The notes under the pieces were generated by a model. The model saw nothing but the letters and a program-made list of their open reading frames with translations, made no database searches and was not told where the DNA came from. Of a DNA stretch of 64,000 nucleotides, positions 8,860-19,620 are shown one piece after another; position 1 is the stretch's first letter, and each line of letters opens with the position of its first letter. The translations under genes and the position numbers were made by a program. This stretch comes from an uncultured Thermoprotei archaeon (GTDB taxonomy: Archaea > Thermoproteota > Thermoprotei > Thermofilales > B15-G2). Where the stretch lies: positions 1 through 64,000 of the forward strand of contig CBDUKN010000006.1 in assembly GCA_965367815.1 (NCBI GenBank), read 5' to 3'.

Positions 8860-10368
8860 GTGAAGATCGTTAAGGAAAGTAAGTCTCTGTGCCCTATATG
8901 TCAGAAAATAATTCCGATGACTGTTTACGAAGAAAACGGAGTAATATGGCTTAAGAAAAAGTGCCCTGAGCATGGTGAATTTGAGGACGTTTACTGGGGA
9001 GACGCTGAGCTATACTACTGGTTCGCTGAGTGGGATAAAGAAGAGTATGTTGGCTCCGGTGTAGAAAATCCGAGAACAAAAGTAGAGAAAGGATGTCCAT
9101 TTGACTGTGGCCTATGCCCTAACCATAAGACTTACACTATTCTAGGAATAATAGATGTCACTAACCGATGTAACCTTAGGTGTCCTGTATGCTTTGCTCA
9201 CGCAGGTGCGACAGGCTACGTCTATGAGCCGAGTTTTGAGCAAGTAGTAGAAATGATGAAGAATTTGAGAGCCAATAAGCCGTGGTCATGCAATGCACTA
9301 CAGTTCAGCGGAGGAGAACCTACTATGCGAAACGATTTACCTGAATTAGTAGCTGAAGCAAAAAGACTCGGTTTCAGATGGGTCTGTGTAGACACTAACG
9401 GTATAAGAGTAGCTGAAGACATAGAGTACTTTAAAGCACTTGACGACGCAGGACTTTCTTCGCTCTATCTTCAATTTGACTCGACTAGACCAGAAGTATA
9501 CTTGAAGACAAGAGGCAGAGACATACTAAAGTACAAGCTCAAAGTCATTGAGAACGCTAGGAAACTAGGCTTCGACTCAATAGTCTTAGTAGTTACTTTA
9601 GCCAAGGGAGTAAACGACCAAGATATATGGGATATCATTAAGTTTGCTGCTAAAAACAGCGACGTAATAAGGTGTGTAAACGTCCAGCCTATTTCTTTTG
9701 CAGGCAGAGCTAGAAGGGAGGAGCTGAGAAAAATGAGAATAACTATACCTGATTTCATGAAGCTTGTTGAAGAACAGAGCGGAGGAGTAATAAAGGCCAG
9801 AGACTTTAGGCCGGTCAACTGGCCAGTGCCCTTCGCCAAAATGATGAGTGTTCTCAAAAACAAACACTACCCGCTTTTCACAGCGCACCCGCATTGTGGT
9901 TCAGCGACATTTATTCTCGTAGATAGAAGGGAAGATGGAGAGGTAGAAATAACTCCTATAACTAGAGTAGTTGACGTCGACAAGCTGGCAGAAGACTGCT
10001 GGAAGATTGCTGAAGAATACAAGAAGGGTATTTTAGGTAAACTGACTGCTGTAAGACTACTGCGCCACGTAAAGAGTAAAGTAATTAGACAGCTTATATC
10101 TGATATCATAAAGCACGGCAGCTACAAGGCACTAGGAAAGTTCATGAGATCTATAGTAATGATAGGATGCATGCACTTCATGGACGTCTGGAACTTTGAT
10201 ATTCAGAGAGTAGAGCGCTGCTGTATACACTACGCTGTGCCAGACGGCAGAATAATAAGCTTCTGTACATTCAACAACATACATAGACCAGAAGTAGAAA
10301 AGAGGTTCGCTATTCCAGTAGAAGAGTGGGAAAAGAAAACAGGGAAGAAAGTAGACGAGTACGCATAA
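8860..10368 (+). CDS. tes: Tetraether lipid synthase (GDGT-MAS, MJ0619-family radical SAM enzyme)
   Basis: N-terminal CPIC...CPEH rubredoxin-like site, GCPFDCGLCPNH, CNLRCPVC (CX3CX2C), HPHC, C-terminal GCMHFMD..NFD..RVERCCIHY..PDGRIISFC. Confidence 0.9.
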   Translation: MKIVKESKSLCPICQKIIPMTVYEENGVIWLKKKCPEHGEFEDVYWGDAELYYWFAEWDKEEYVGSGVENPRTKVEKGCPFDCGLCPNHKTYTILGIIDVTNRCNLRCPVCFAHAGATGYVYEPSFEQVVEMMKNLRANKPWSCNALQFSGGEPTMRNDLPELVAEAKRLGFRWVCVDTNGIRVAEDIEYFKALDDAGLSSLYLQFDSTRPEVYLKTRGRDILKYKLKVIENARKLGFDSIVLVVTLAKGVNDQDIWDIIKFAAKNSDVIRCVNVQPISFAGRARREELRKMRITIPDFMKLVEEQSGGVIKARDFRPVNWPVPFAKMMSVLKNKHYPLFTAHPHCGSATFILVDRREDGEVEITPITRVVDVDKLAEDCWKIAEEYKKGILGKLTAVRLLRHVKSKVIRQLISDIIKHGSYKALGKFMRSIVMIGCMHFMDVWNFDIQRVERCCIHYAVPDGRIISFCTFNNIHRPEVEKRFAIPVEEWEKKTGKKVDEYA

Positions 10369-10401
10369 AATCATATATTTGTTTATCACCATTATTTTTA
10401 C

Positions 10402-11202
10402 ATGAAGCTTGCTGTTCAAGAAGGACTTCTTCCAGGAGAAACTTTCGCCCAGAAACTAGAGTATGCAGAAAAGCTAGGTTTTGAGGGAGTCGAGGTCAGT
10501 GGACGGGGTCTTTTCGATAGAGTAAATGAAATAAAAGAAGCTCTCACTACAAGTAAAGTAAAAGTTTCAAGTATTTGTGCAGGATACTCTGGGTGTTTGC
10601 TTTCTCCAAACAAAGAGGAGCGCGAAAGAGCTATAAGGGATATCGAAAATTTGCTGAAAATAGCGAGCGAAATAGGGGCAGTAGGACTAATAGTTGTACC
10701 TATTTTTGGGCCACCGCAGCTACCTGACTTAACGCCTCTCTTTACAGTAAGAGAACTTGAAGAAAAATTACTCATCAAGTTGCTCAAAATACTCGCTAAA
10801 ACAGCTGAAGACTGCAAGGCATATATCTTGCTTGAGCCGCTTAACCGCTATGAAACACATTTCATGAATAGACTAGAGCAGGCCATTAAGATATGCGATG
10901 AAGTAGGCTCAGAGTACGTGAAAATGATGGCTGATTTCTTCCACATGAACATAGAGGAAGCTAATATAGCTGAAAGCCTGAAGCAAGCTCTCCCCTATTT
11001 AAGGCATATTCACTTAGCTGACAGCAATAGATATGCTCCCGGCTTTGGCCACACAGATTTTCTAGAGCCATTCAAAGTACTAGCTAAAGGAGGTTACGAG
11101 TACTATATGGCGCTAGAGTGCAGAGTACCTGAACCGAGACTAGAAAATCTAAAGAAAACAGCAGGTTTTCTAAAAGAAATAATAGCTAAGGCTTCACGAT
11201 AA
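10402..11202 (+). CDS. Sugar phosphate isomerase/epimerase (xylose-isomerase-like TIM barrel)
   Basis: GFEGVE, EPLNRYE, DFFHMNIEE, HIHLADSNR..PG.GH, ALE. Confidence 0.9.
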   Translation: MKLAVQEGLLPGETFAQKLEYAEKLGFEGVEVSGRGLFDRVNEIKEALTTSKVKVSSICAGYSGCLLSPNKEERERAIRDIENLLKIASEIGAVGLIVVPIFGPPQLPDLTPLFTVRELEEKLLIKLLKILAKTAEDCKAYILLEPLNRYETHFMNRLEQAIKICDEVGSEYVKMMADFFHMNIEEANIAESLKQALPYLRHIHLADSNRYAPGFGHTDFLEPFKVLAKGGYEYYMALECRVPEPRLENLKKTAGFLKEIIAKASR

Positions 11203-11215
11203 ACTTTTATACATT

Positions 11216-11548
11216 ATGGTCAACTTTATATCGGTGCTAAAGAAGGAGCTGGAGGAATTGATAAAATTCCTCGAAAATAACTTGAAAGACAACGAAATAC
11301 TAGGCCTCACAATTCACGACAGAAACAACGGCGAACTACTTTTTTCAGCGTGTTGTATTGACTTAGAGAAGTACATTGACATAGTGAAGAATATTTCTAG
11401 ATCTGGTTTGAAATATACTTCTATTAAAAGTCCTATAGGCTATATAACAGTAGTAGAAACCAAAAATTACGTGCTAAGTATTGCGACTAAAAATTCTATA
11501 GAGCACTTACTTAATGACCTTAAGAATATTGTCTCAAAGATAAAGTAG
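11216..11548 (+). CDS. Small protein, possible Roadblock/LC7-like fold
   Basis: Helix - 'GLTIHDRNNGELLFS' hairpin - helix - three strands - helix pattern. Confidence 0.45.
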   Translation: MVNFISVLKKELEELIKFLENNLKDNEILGLTIHDRNNGELLFSACCIDLEKYIDIVKNISRSGLKYTSIKSPIGYITVVETKNYVLSIATKNSIEHLLNDLKNIVSKIK

Positions 11549-11593
11549 TTTTCACTAGATAAGAAAATATACTTTGTCTGCATACTATTTTAT

Positions 11594-12661
11594 GTGAAAT
11601 TTAATCTCGGCCTTTACACCAGTTTAGAGAGAATTCTTAAAAAACATACAGATGTAAAAAATTTCATAAGAGACTGTGTTGAACTAAATGTAGAGAAATT
11701 ATTTCTATTAACTAAGAATACTGAAAGTAGAGTTTTATATGATTCAGAGTACTGTGAAAAAGCTTTTAACGGAAGGGATATTTACGAGGAAGTAGTTAAA
11801 GCAGCGAGAGACGTTGGAATGGAAGTTCATGCATGGTTCTGCCTTTATCCCGAAAGCGTGGAGCATCCTAGTAAGTATCTGAGAGAACACCCCGAAGCAG
11901 TTCTAGTAAATAAGTATGGTAAAACAAACTGGGAAGAACCTACTTGGAGCTATATTAAGCGAGAATACAGCAAACTATGGGTTTGCCCGAGCCATGAAGG
12001 ATATAGAGAGTACTTAGCCAAAATGATGAGAGAAGTACTAGAGAAGTATGATGTCAATGGTATACACTTAGACTATGTGAGATACCCTGAAGCGCTTGAA
12101 GGAAGGTACTACTGCTACTGTCCTCGCTGTCTTCACAAGTACAAGGAAGAATACGGGTACTCCGTATATGCTAACGACGTTATTGAGCGCCGCTACTTTA
12201 TTTCAATACTCTGCGAGAACGTAAATGAGTCTGTAGAATATTTCAGTGATGTAGCTAAAGTGTATGGAGCACAGATATCAGCTTATGTTTTCACAGACTA
12301 CGTTACAGCTATAGAGTCTTGTTACCAAGACTGGCCCTACTTCTCGAGATACCTTGACTTTATAGTACCAACACTATATGAAGTTTCACCAGACTATGCT
12401 CTTTTCTTAACTAAGAAGGCTATAAACGCTGTAATGCACTGCGGATGCAAAGTAATGCCAGCAGTCATGGCTTCTCCCTCTACGCGGAGATCAGCTAAAG
12501 GCGGCAAAAGATGGTCTAAAGATAGATCAACGAAATATATTGCAGAGTGTGTGAATAAGTGTAAAGAAGCAGGTGCAAGCGGAGCAGTGCTTTTCCTATA
12601 CGACACCACACCTGTTAAAACACTTGGAGAACTAAAAGAAACACTTACACCAGGGCCGTAG
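11594..12661 (+). CDS. Glycoside hydrolase-like family 10 (YddW/DUF187) protein
   Basis: GMEVHAW, WVCPS, YDVNGIHLDYVRYP, QDW, PTLY. Confidence 0.82.
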   Translation: MKFNLGLYTSLERILKKHTDVKNFIRDCVELNVEKLFLLTKNTESRVLYDSEYCEKAFNGRDIYEEVVKAARDVGMEVHAWFCLYPESVEHPSKYLREHPEAVLVNKYGKTNWEEPTWSYIKREYSKLWVCPSHEGYREYLAKMMREVLEKYDVNGIHLDYVRYPEALEGRYYCYCPRCLHKYKEEYGYSVYANDVIERRYFISILCENVNESVEYFSDVAKVYGAQISAYVFTDYVTAIESCYQDWPYFSRYLDFIVPTLYEVSPDYALFLTKKAINAVMHCGCKVMPAVMASPSTRRSAKGGKRWSKDRSTKYIAECVNKCKEAGASGAVLFLYDTTPVKTLGELKETLTPGP

Positions 12662-12664
12662 TCC

Positions 12665-13471
12665 ATGAACCTTACTCGAATGGATATTCACGTTCACAAT
12701 AAATATTCCTCTGATGCAAAAGGCTCAACAGAAGATGTCTTGAAAGAAGCCTGTAGAAAAAATCTCGAATACTTAGCTTTCACAAACCATGTTCCACCCG
12801 ATCCCACGTGGCTACACGATCTTAAGAGAGAAGTTGAAGAACTTAAAGACAAATATGAGGCAGAGGTTCTTGTTGGAGCAGAAATAGGAATTAAAGATGT
12901 AGACGGAAATCTCTTTATTTCTCCTAAATACTTGAGCGAACTAGACTTCGTTTTAGCGGCAGACCATATTTTACCTGGAGTACCCTATAAGTATAGCAAC
13001 GGTATCTATTTCAAGGATCCTTTACTAGAAAACTTTACTAAAGAAGAAGTTATTGAAAAATGGTTTAAATCCATAGTAAAAGCCATTGAAAGTAGACTAG
13101 TGGACGCAGTGGCTCATATAGGCTGGGTCATAGTACAAGAACATGTAGTAGAGTCTCTAAAAGAAGTGCCCTCGGAGTACAAGAAAACTATAGCTGAGAA
13201 AGCTGCCGAATACAATGTCTTCATTGAAGTAAATACCGGCGCCCAGCTACCCGACGAAGAGCTAATTAAATACTGTCTTAGAGAGGGAGCAAAGCTAGTA
13301 CTAGGAAGTGATGCTCACGAGCCGAGCGTAGTAGGTGAAATAGAGTGGGGCCTAAAGCTTTTGTCGAGGCTTGGTGCCACAAAAGACGATTTAGCGTCTT
13401 TCGAAGATGTATTGAAGAGAGTAGAGGAGAGAAGAAAGCTCGCTAGTAATATTAGCTTGAAAACAGTATAG
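12665..13471 (+). CDS. PHP-domain phosphoesterase
   Basis: DIHVHNKYS.D, FTNH, GAE, AH, EVN, GSDAH. Confidence 0.88.
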   Translation: MNLTRMDIHVHNKYSSDAKGSTEDVLKEACRKNLEYLAFTNHVPPDPTWLHDLKREVEELKDKYEAEVLVGAEIGIKDVDGNLFISPKYLSELDFVLAADHILPGVPYKYSNGIYFKDPLLENFTKEEVIEKWFKSIVKAIESRLVDAVAHIGWVIVQEHVVESLKEVPSEYKKTIAEKAAEYNVFIEVNTGAQLPDEELIKYCLREGAKLVLGSDAHEPSVVGEIEWGLKLLSRLGATKDDLASFEDVLKRVEERRKLASNISLKTV

Positions 13472-13485
13472 GTTATGGTGCTTTA

Positions 13486-15003
13486 ATGCTATCTCCTCTA
13501 GATGTCCGTAGGCTTGATTTAAATGCTAAGTGGCTTGGAGTAGATACACTGCTTTTAATGGAGAATGCTGGTAAATCTGTTGCCGACTACGTTAAGTCAA
13601 AGTATTCTAGTGCAAAGAAAATAGTTGTTGTATGTGGACTAGGCAATAACGGTGGCGACGGATTTGTTGCAGCACGCCACCTGGTCACATACGGATACAA
13701 AGTATCTGTAGTCCTAGTAGGCGACAGCAGGCTTATTAGAACAGAAATAGCTAGGAAAAACTGGGAAATACTCAAGCAAATGAATTTCTCGGTTAAATTA
13801 ACTGAAGTAAAAGACTCCGGCGCGTTCCCGAAACTAGAGAAAGAGCTCGAGGAAGCAGACATAGTAGTTGACGCTGTTCTAGGCGTAGGTATTAAGGGAG
13901 CTGCTCGAGGACCAGCGGCTGAAGCAATTAAGCTTATCAACAGAGTTAAGGAAAAGAGGAAATATAAGATAGTAGCAGTCGATGTGCCCAGCGGACTAGA
14001 CGTTTACATAGGCGAAGCCAAAGGACCTGTAGTGGAAGCAGACGCTACAGTAACATTTCACGACACTAAGAAGGGTTTAGAAAAGTATGGAGGAGAAGTA
14101 GTTGTAACGAACATAGGGATCCCGCCTGAAGCGGATATCTACGTCGGGCCGGGAGACTTCCTAGCAATACCTAAGATTCTCTCAAGAGACCCTTGGAGCC
14201 ACAAAGGACACTTCGGAAAAATAATGATTGTAGGTGGAAGCAAGTTTTTCTCAGGAGCACCAGCCTTAGCGGCACTAGCAGTTCTTAGAACAGGCGCCGA
14301 CTTAGCAGTAGTCTACGCACCTTCAAGCATCGCTTCAGTTATCAGAAGCTTTTCTCCAAACATTATTGTAGTGCCTCTTGAAGGCGGATTCATTCTACCC
14401 GAGCACGTAGACTACATTCTAAGCGAAGCCGAAAAATACGACGCTATAGCAATAGGACCGGGCCTAAGCACAAACGAAGAATCTCTCAAAGCCTGCTATG
14501 AAATAGTATCTAGACTAGCCAAAGAAAAGCCCGTTGTAGTAGACGCCGACGGACTTAAGGCACTAGCTAAGCACGGAATTCCTGAAGGAAAAGTAGTGCT
14601 AACACCTCATGCCGGAGAATTCTACATACTCTTTGGAGAAAAACCTCCACTAGACGTTAGCGAAAGAGGCAAAATAGTACAGAAATATGCTGCCGAAAAG
14701 AAAGTCACAGTACTACTTAAAGGACACGTAGATGTTATCTCAAATGGAATCAAAGTAAAGTACAACGCTACAGGAAATCCTGGAATGACTGTAGGAGGCA
14801 CAGGAGATGTCTTAACAGGGATACTAGTGGAGCTAGTGACACTAACCGATGATATTTTCCAAGCAGCCTGCTGTGCTGCTTTCATTTCAGGTTTAGCAGG
14901 AGATCTCGCCTACAAAGAGAAAGGCTATGAACTCGTAGCAACAGATGTTGTCGAAAAAATACCTGCTTCACTGAATGTCATACGGGAATTTTTGACTAAA
15001 TGA
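13486..15003 (+). CDS. nnr: Bifunctional NAD(P)HX epimerase/dehydratase
   Basis: LMENAG, GNNGGDG, DVPSG, SHKG, GPGL, DAD, TPHAGE, GGTGDVL. Confidence 0.95.
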   Translation: MLSPLDVRRLDLNAKWLGVDTLLLMENAGKSVADYVKSKYSSAKKIVVVCGLGNNGGDGFVAARHLVTYGYKVSVVLVGDSRLIRTEIARKNWEILKQMNFSVKLTEVKDSGAFPKLEKELEEADIVVDAVLGVGIKGAARGPAAEAIKLINRVKEKRKYKIVAVDVPSGLDVYIGEAKGPVVEADATVTFHDTKKGLEKYGGEVVVTNIGIPPEADIYVGPGDFLAIPKILSRDPWSHKGHFGKIMIVGGSKFFSGAPALAALAVLRTGADLAVVYAPSSIASVIRSFSPNIIVVPLEGGFILPEHVDYILSEAEKYDAIAIGPGLSTNEESLKACYEIVSRLAKEKPVVVDADGLKALAKHGIPEGKVVLTPHAGEFYILFGEKPPLDVSERGKIVQKYAAEKKVTVLLKGHVDVISNGIKVKYNATGNPGMTVGGTGDVLTGILVELVTLTDDIFQAACCAAFISGLAGDLAYKEKGYELVATDVVEKIPASLNVIREFLTK

Positions 15004-15233
15004 TCTTCGATTGGTATTTCGATGAGCTGTACGAAATCTATTAAATGTTAGTATCGTAATTATTTTCTTTTAAAGACTTTAAAGTTATAATCTATTGTTG
15101 GAAAATACATATTGTCTAAAAGAGATGCTGTTAAAGAACATTATTTATATCGTCTTTATACCCTAGTGATTTTAGTTCAAATGTCAGTCTAATTGCTTCA
15201 GCGAAGAGCTATGCACATTAGCGTATAGTCATG

Positions 15234-16076
15234 TTAAGGCTCGATATCGTATATTTCTTTTATATTATCTACATGGATTTTGTAGGCTTTTTCGTAGCTA
15301 ATAATGTTTTCATTTAAGAGTTTCCTCGTAGTTGAAGCAATGCTCCACGGCGCAACTACTGCTCCTGGTCTCCTCGGATCATCTAAGAAATCGCTTTCAA
15401 CAACAAAGTTTTCTGTCTGCTTGATTGCCTCAATTAAGAAACTTTTCTTGCCGGTAACAGAAGCATACATTTTTTTCGAAGATATGGCCTTGACGTAGCT
15501 TGATTCAGCATGGTGAAATACTATTCTGCGTGCTCCTATTCTGCTTACTCTACGGTAAATATCGTCTATTGTCTGCATGCCTTTTTGCTCTAAATGCAAG
15601 TGTACTACGCAGTCAAGGTCCTTTGCTAGCTGTAGAACATAGTCGAGTACTCTACTGCATGCTTCAACTATTTCATGTGAAGTTTCCCAGTGAGGTCTCC
15701 CAACTTCTCCTAGTCCGTCAGCAAGACCTTTCTCAACATATTTAGCTGCTAGCTCATAGGCTTTACGTATTATGTTTTCTGCTTCACTTAATCCCTTGTT
15801 CTCGGCAAGTCTTACTAGTTCAGCTGGATGCGGCCCTATTATTACAGCTGTGTGAAGGCCGAGTTTTTTGACTTCTTCGGTAACTTCAATAGTTTTTTCA
15901 TATAACTTGACATAGTCTTCTGGTTTTGTTATAGTGATGTCGTAGCTCCAGGAGAGAAGATTTACTATGCACATGAACCAGCCTCCAGCTTTCTTAAACT
16001 TCTCGGCAGCTTTAATTCCAAGTCCTTTAACTAGATTTAAGTGGCAGTGATTGTCTGCGACTAATATTTGTTGCAC
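15234..16076 (-). CDS. TatD family hydrolase
   Basis: DNHCH, GPHPAE, GEVGRPH, LH.E, ESDFLDDPRRPGAV. Confidence 0.88.
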   Translation of the reverse strand: MQQILVADNHCHLNLVKGLGIKAAEKFKKAGGWFMCIVNLLSWSYDITITKPEDYVKLYEKTIEVTEEVKKLGLHTAVIIGPHPAELVRLAENKGLSEAENIIRKAYELAAKYVEKGLADGLGEVGRPHWETSHEIVEACSRVLDYVLQLAKDLDCVVHLHLEQKGMQTIDDIYRRVSRIGARRIVFHHAESSYVKAISSKKMYASVTGKKSFLIEAIKQTENFVVESDFLDDPRRPGAVVAPWSIASTTRKLLNENIISYEKAYKIHVDNIKEIYDIEP

Positions 16077-16166
16077 AAATTACCCACCTTTAGTTCAATA
16101 ATTATTTTTTCGATTAATCTGTATCTAAAGAAACTTATACTTTAGTTGAGTAAATAGTAAGAGTTT

Positions 16167-16868
16167 ATGGCTAGCGAGAAAATACTAGAAGCCATAGGCA
16201 ATCCTATCAGAATAAAGATATTGAAGATGCTTGCCGAAAGAAGAGAAGTCAGTGTAAAGGAGCTGAAAGAAATCTTAGGTATTTCAACAGGAAGCCTTTA
16301 TTACCACTTAGATACCCTAGGAGACCTTATTGAGAGAAAAAGAGGTTTTATAAGGATATCTAGTAAAGGAAAGCTTGTTTTGGAAGAGCTCCACGATATT
16401 GAGGAAATAGGGGCTATTAAAGACACTCTGCTAGCCAATCCCATAGTCTACTCGATATCAACTATAATATCCGCTATAGTGCTCTATTCATATTACTTGG
16501 CTTACAGAACAAACAATGTTTCGCTCTTATTAGGTCTAATACCATGTAAAATAGGTCTTCCTTTAGAAGCAGAAGTACTGCTTCTCGTAGCACTTATTCT
16601 ACTAGCATCCATAGTAGTTACCCGTAGATTCTCTTTTAACTATCTACTCCTAGTACCTTACACTATTTCAGCTCTCATAGCCTACTTGCCCTACTTAGCC
16701 TACTGCCACGTAATAAATAAAGCCTATCTTCTTTTCTCGCTCTCATTTTTCATAATTTTTGCAAGCATATCTATCTCCAAGGTAGTTGGAATACGTATAG
16801 AAAAGGCAGCTGCGATAGTTTTATCAATTATCTATGTGGGGCTTATGGTCTGTTTACTTAAAGGCTGA
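16167..16868 (+). CDS. ArsR-type wHTH regulator with C-terminal membrane domain
   Basis: NPIRIKIL...STGSLYYHL..L HTH followed by about five hydrophobic segments. Confidence 0.8.
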   Translation: MASEKILEAIGNPIRIKILKMLAERREVSVKELKEILGISTGSLYYHLDTLGDLIERKRGFIRISSKGKLVLEELHDIEEIGAIKDTLLANPIVYSISTIISAIVLYSYYLAYRTNNVSLLLGLIPCKIGLPLEAEVLLLVALILLASIVVTRRFSFNYLLLVPYTISALIAYLPYLAYCHVINKAYLLFSLSFFIIFASISISKVVGIRIEKAAAIVLSIIYVGLMVCLLKG

Positions 16869-16969
16869 GTTCACTTAATGTGAAACTCCTTTTCACTATG
16901 AATAAACCATTTTCGAGTAGAGTAGAATTCTAAACCTTTAATTCCTTGAGTAGCCTACATCAAGCCGGT

Positions 16970-19273
16970 ATGCGGGGGAAAGTATCTGTAATCTTAATAA
17001 TGATGTTAGTGCTCACCTACCTGCAGGCAGCTATACCGCAGCCCCAGATATGGTCTCAAGGCCAATGGATGCTAGTTAAAACCGACGAAATATCGGTAAT
17101 GTTCCCGACAGGCGGCAGAAAGCCAATATTCATTTGGTGGCGCACAGGAGACAACGCAACAATATATGTAGTACACTTTAAAGGAATATGGGAGTACTTC
17201 GTACTAAACATCTCTGAGCCGAGAGTATTTAGGAACAAGTATAGATTCGAGTACAGACTTGTAAATGAAACATTCGTTAAGCCAGTACTAGAAAAGCTTG
17301 CTAATAAAACTAAGGCTCTGAAGAACACTGAAAACAAATTAAAAGAATACATAGATAAATTGGATGAAATAAAAGCCAATTTAACAAAGATAATGAACTT
17401 AATACATGAAATTAAGAACAAACAGCTACAGTGTAATAAAACAGAATCTGAAGTAATCAAAGAATGTGAAAAAATATGTCAGCATGCCGAAACAATCCGT
17501 AGGTGCATAGAAGACTACAAGAGAAACATGAGCATATTAGAAAACTTTGCCCTAATAAAACACGTAAGGCTCTCAGACTACATTAATCCTCTTAGCGAAT
17601 ACATAGATGAGCTTAACGAATCTATAAAGGAAGTACTAGACTTTGCTACAAAAGTAAAAGAAAAGAAAGTATGGGAAGCACTCAAAGAATTCTCAGAAGT
17701 GGAAATTAAAGTAAACTACATGTTATCTAAGTGCACTGAAATAAAGCAGACATCAATGTCTTTGCACAATATGCTTAGCAGACAGCACATGCAAGACTTA
17801 ACAGCGTACTCTCAGAAAATACTTAACGTAAATAGTATACTAGAAGACCTTTTAGCAAAGATTTCTGAGACAATAGTGAAAATAAAGCAGTACAAATATG
17901 AACTCATGCAATTAAATGAAAGTATTACTCAAGCGAAGAAGTCTATTATGAAGCAGACGAAACTAGCACTATATATTGAAGAGGTTCTTGGATCTAGCTT
18001 AACAACAGAGCTAGGTAAGTGGAGTAAAGAACTACCTGAAATAAATAGTGAGCTAAACTTATCACTAGAGCTAAGACTAAATATAAAAACAGCGCTAAGT
18101 GAACTAAACCAGACACTCGACTTTAAACTAGAAAAGAACATATCTACAAGCGAAGGTGATGTACAGTCCTGCTTAATAAATATCACAGCATGCAAGAATA
18201 AACTCGAAGAAGTCAGAAACAAGGTAATTAGCTGCTTGAAAGAAAAAGAAGAAGAGCTGAAGAAAGCTCAAGAGCTATGCCATGAAATATATGCAAAATG
18301 GAGATCTCCACTACTACCTTTCGACTCATGCACATGGAGACTAGTGGGCATCAAGGAGATTAAAGCTGGCGATAAGACTATCGGAGTGACGTTCACGTAT
18401 GTGCTTGATAGGGTAAATATACCTGAGTACAAGTTTGCTGAAGACAATATACTGATCAGATGTAGGGTCTATACAGTTACTGTAGAAGAGCAAGTAGGAG
18501 GTCTAAACTATACTGTAAGCAGAGCTGAGCTCAAAATAGACTTCATTATACGCAAATGGATATGGTTATCAGAGCTGCTAACCGGAAACTTCTCAAAGCT
18601 CTTTAATGCAACGATTTCGCCCGAAAACGAGGGCTTAGCGCTATGGATTACTGCTGCGTCTATAAACTATACAATAGCAGCTAAACGAGGCTTAAGTATA
18701 GTTGATGCAGCCTTGACAAAACAGTCTAACTTAGTAGCATCTTCTTCGGTAGTAGTCTCAGAAAAAGGAGCATCAACAAAGCTAAGCGTAAAGGGATGGG
18801 ATAATGATACAAAAGTACTTACAGCACCGAGAATACCAAACTTAGTAGTCAAAGTGAACTTTGCTTCAGAGGCAGGAGTACTCGAAGGCTTCATTAAATA
18901 TATTGCATCGGCCAAAGTATCCTACTCAAATGGAACCGTAAAAATAGTACCTGTTTCTACATCCTATATGAGTGCAGGAGGCTTCTTCATGGTGTTCTTC
19001 TGCTACCCATACTTTAACAATGGGTCTTTAGAACACGACCCAAGCATAGGAGTAGTAACTAAAGAAGAAAAACCAAAATACACCGTACTGGTTGCAAATG
19101 AATCAACTAAAGTAGTATCTCAAGAAACTGAGGTATCTACAGAAGAAAAAATTACAGAATTTCTTAAGAGCAGTAACATTAAGACTACAGTAACCATTGT
19201 GCTACTAGCCACTATAATTGCAGTGTTAATATTGCTAATACTTAAAAGCAGAAGAACAATAAACAATATTTAG
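16970..19273 (+). CDS. Secreted, C-terminally anchored surface protein with a long coiled-coil region
   Basis: Signal peptide (MRGKVSVILIMMLVL...; likely start ATG 16970), heptad-rich E/K/L/I centre, beta-rich C-domain with YPYF...HDPSIG, TM helix followed by KSRR. Confidence 0.8.
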   Translation: MRGKVSVILIMMLVLTYLQAAIPQPQIWSQGQWMLVKTDEISVMFPTGGRKPIFIWWRTGDNATIYVVHFKGIWEYFVLNISEPRVFRNKYRFEYRLVNETFVKPVLEKLANKTKALKNTENKLKEYIDKLDEIKANLTKIMNLIHEIKNKQLQCNKTESEVIKECEKICQHAETIRRCIEDYKRNMSILENFALIKHVRLSDYINPLSEYIDELNESIKEVLDFATKVKEKKVWEALKEFSEVEIKVNYMLSKCTEIKQTSMSLHNMLSRQHMQDLTAYSQKILNVNSILEDLLAKISETIVKIKQYKYELMQLNESITQAKKSIMKQTKLALYIEEVLGSSLTTELGKWSKELPEINSELNLSLELRLNIKTALSELNQTLDFKLEKNISTSEGDVQSCLINITACKNKLEEVRNKVISCLKEKEEELKKAQELCHEIYAKWRSPLLPFDSCTWRLVGIKEIKAGDKTIGVTFTYVLDRVNIPEYKFAEDNILIRCRVYTVTVEEQVGGLNYTVSRAELKIDFIIRKWIWLSELLTGNFSKLFNATISPENEGLALWITAASINYTIAAKRGLSIVDAALTKQSNLVASSSVVVSEKGASTKLSVKGWDNDTKVLTAPRIPNLVVKVNFASEAGVLEGFIKYIASAKVSYSNGTVKIVPVSTSYMSAGGFFMVFFCYPYFNNGSLEHDPSIGVVTKEEKPKYTVLVANESTKVVSQETEVSTEEKITEFLKSSNIKTTVTIVLLATIIAVLILLILKSRRTINNI

Positions 19274-19620
19274 TACTCTCAAAATAATAAAAGTTAATAA
19301 TTTTCTTTACTTTTAAACTAGTTTACTTTGTTGGTAATGGCAAGCGAATTCTTAAATAAAAATTAGTGTAACAGTAGTTGCTATGGGCGCACTACCTTTT
19401 GTGTTTTCATATTATAGTAATTTACTGTGCTAAAGCTTAAAGCGCCTATATTTATCTTGGTTAAAAATATACTTTACTAGAAAGTATATACACTCTAAAT
19501 TAACTACATTAGCATTCTAATGTATCTAAAAACTTCAAACCTCTATAGTATTTACTTAATACATATTTTTATGGACACTTACACTAAGTAAACCTTAAAT
19601 AGTTCTCATAAGTTGGACAA

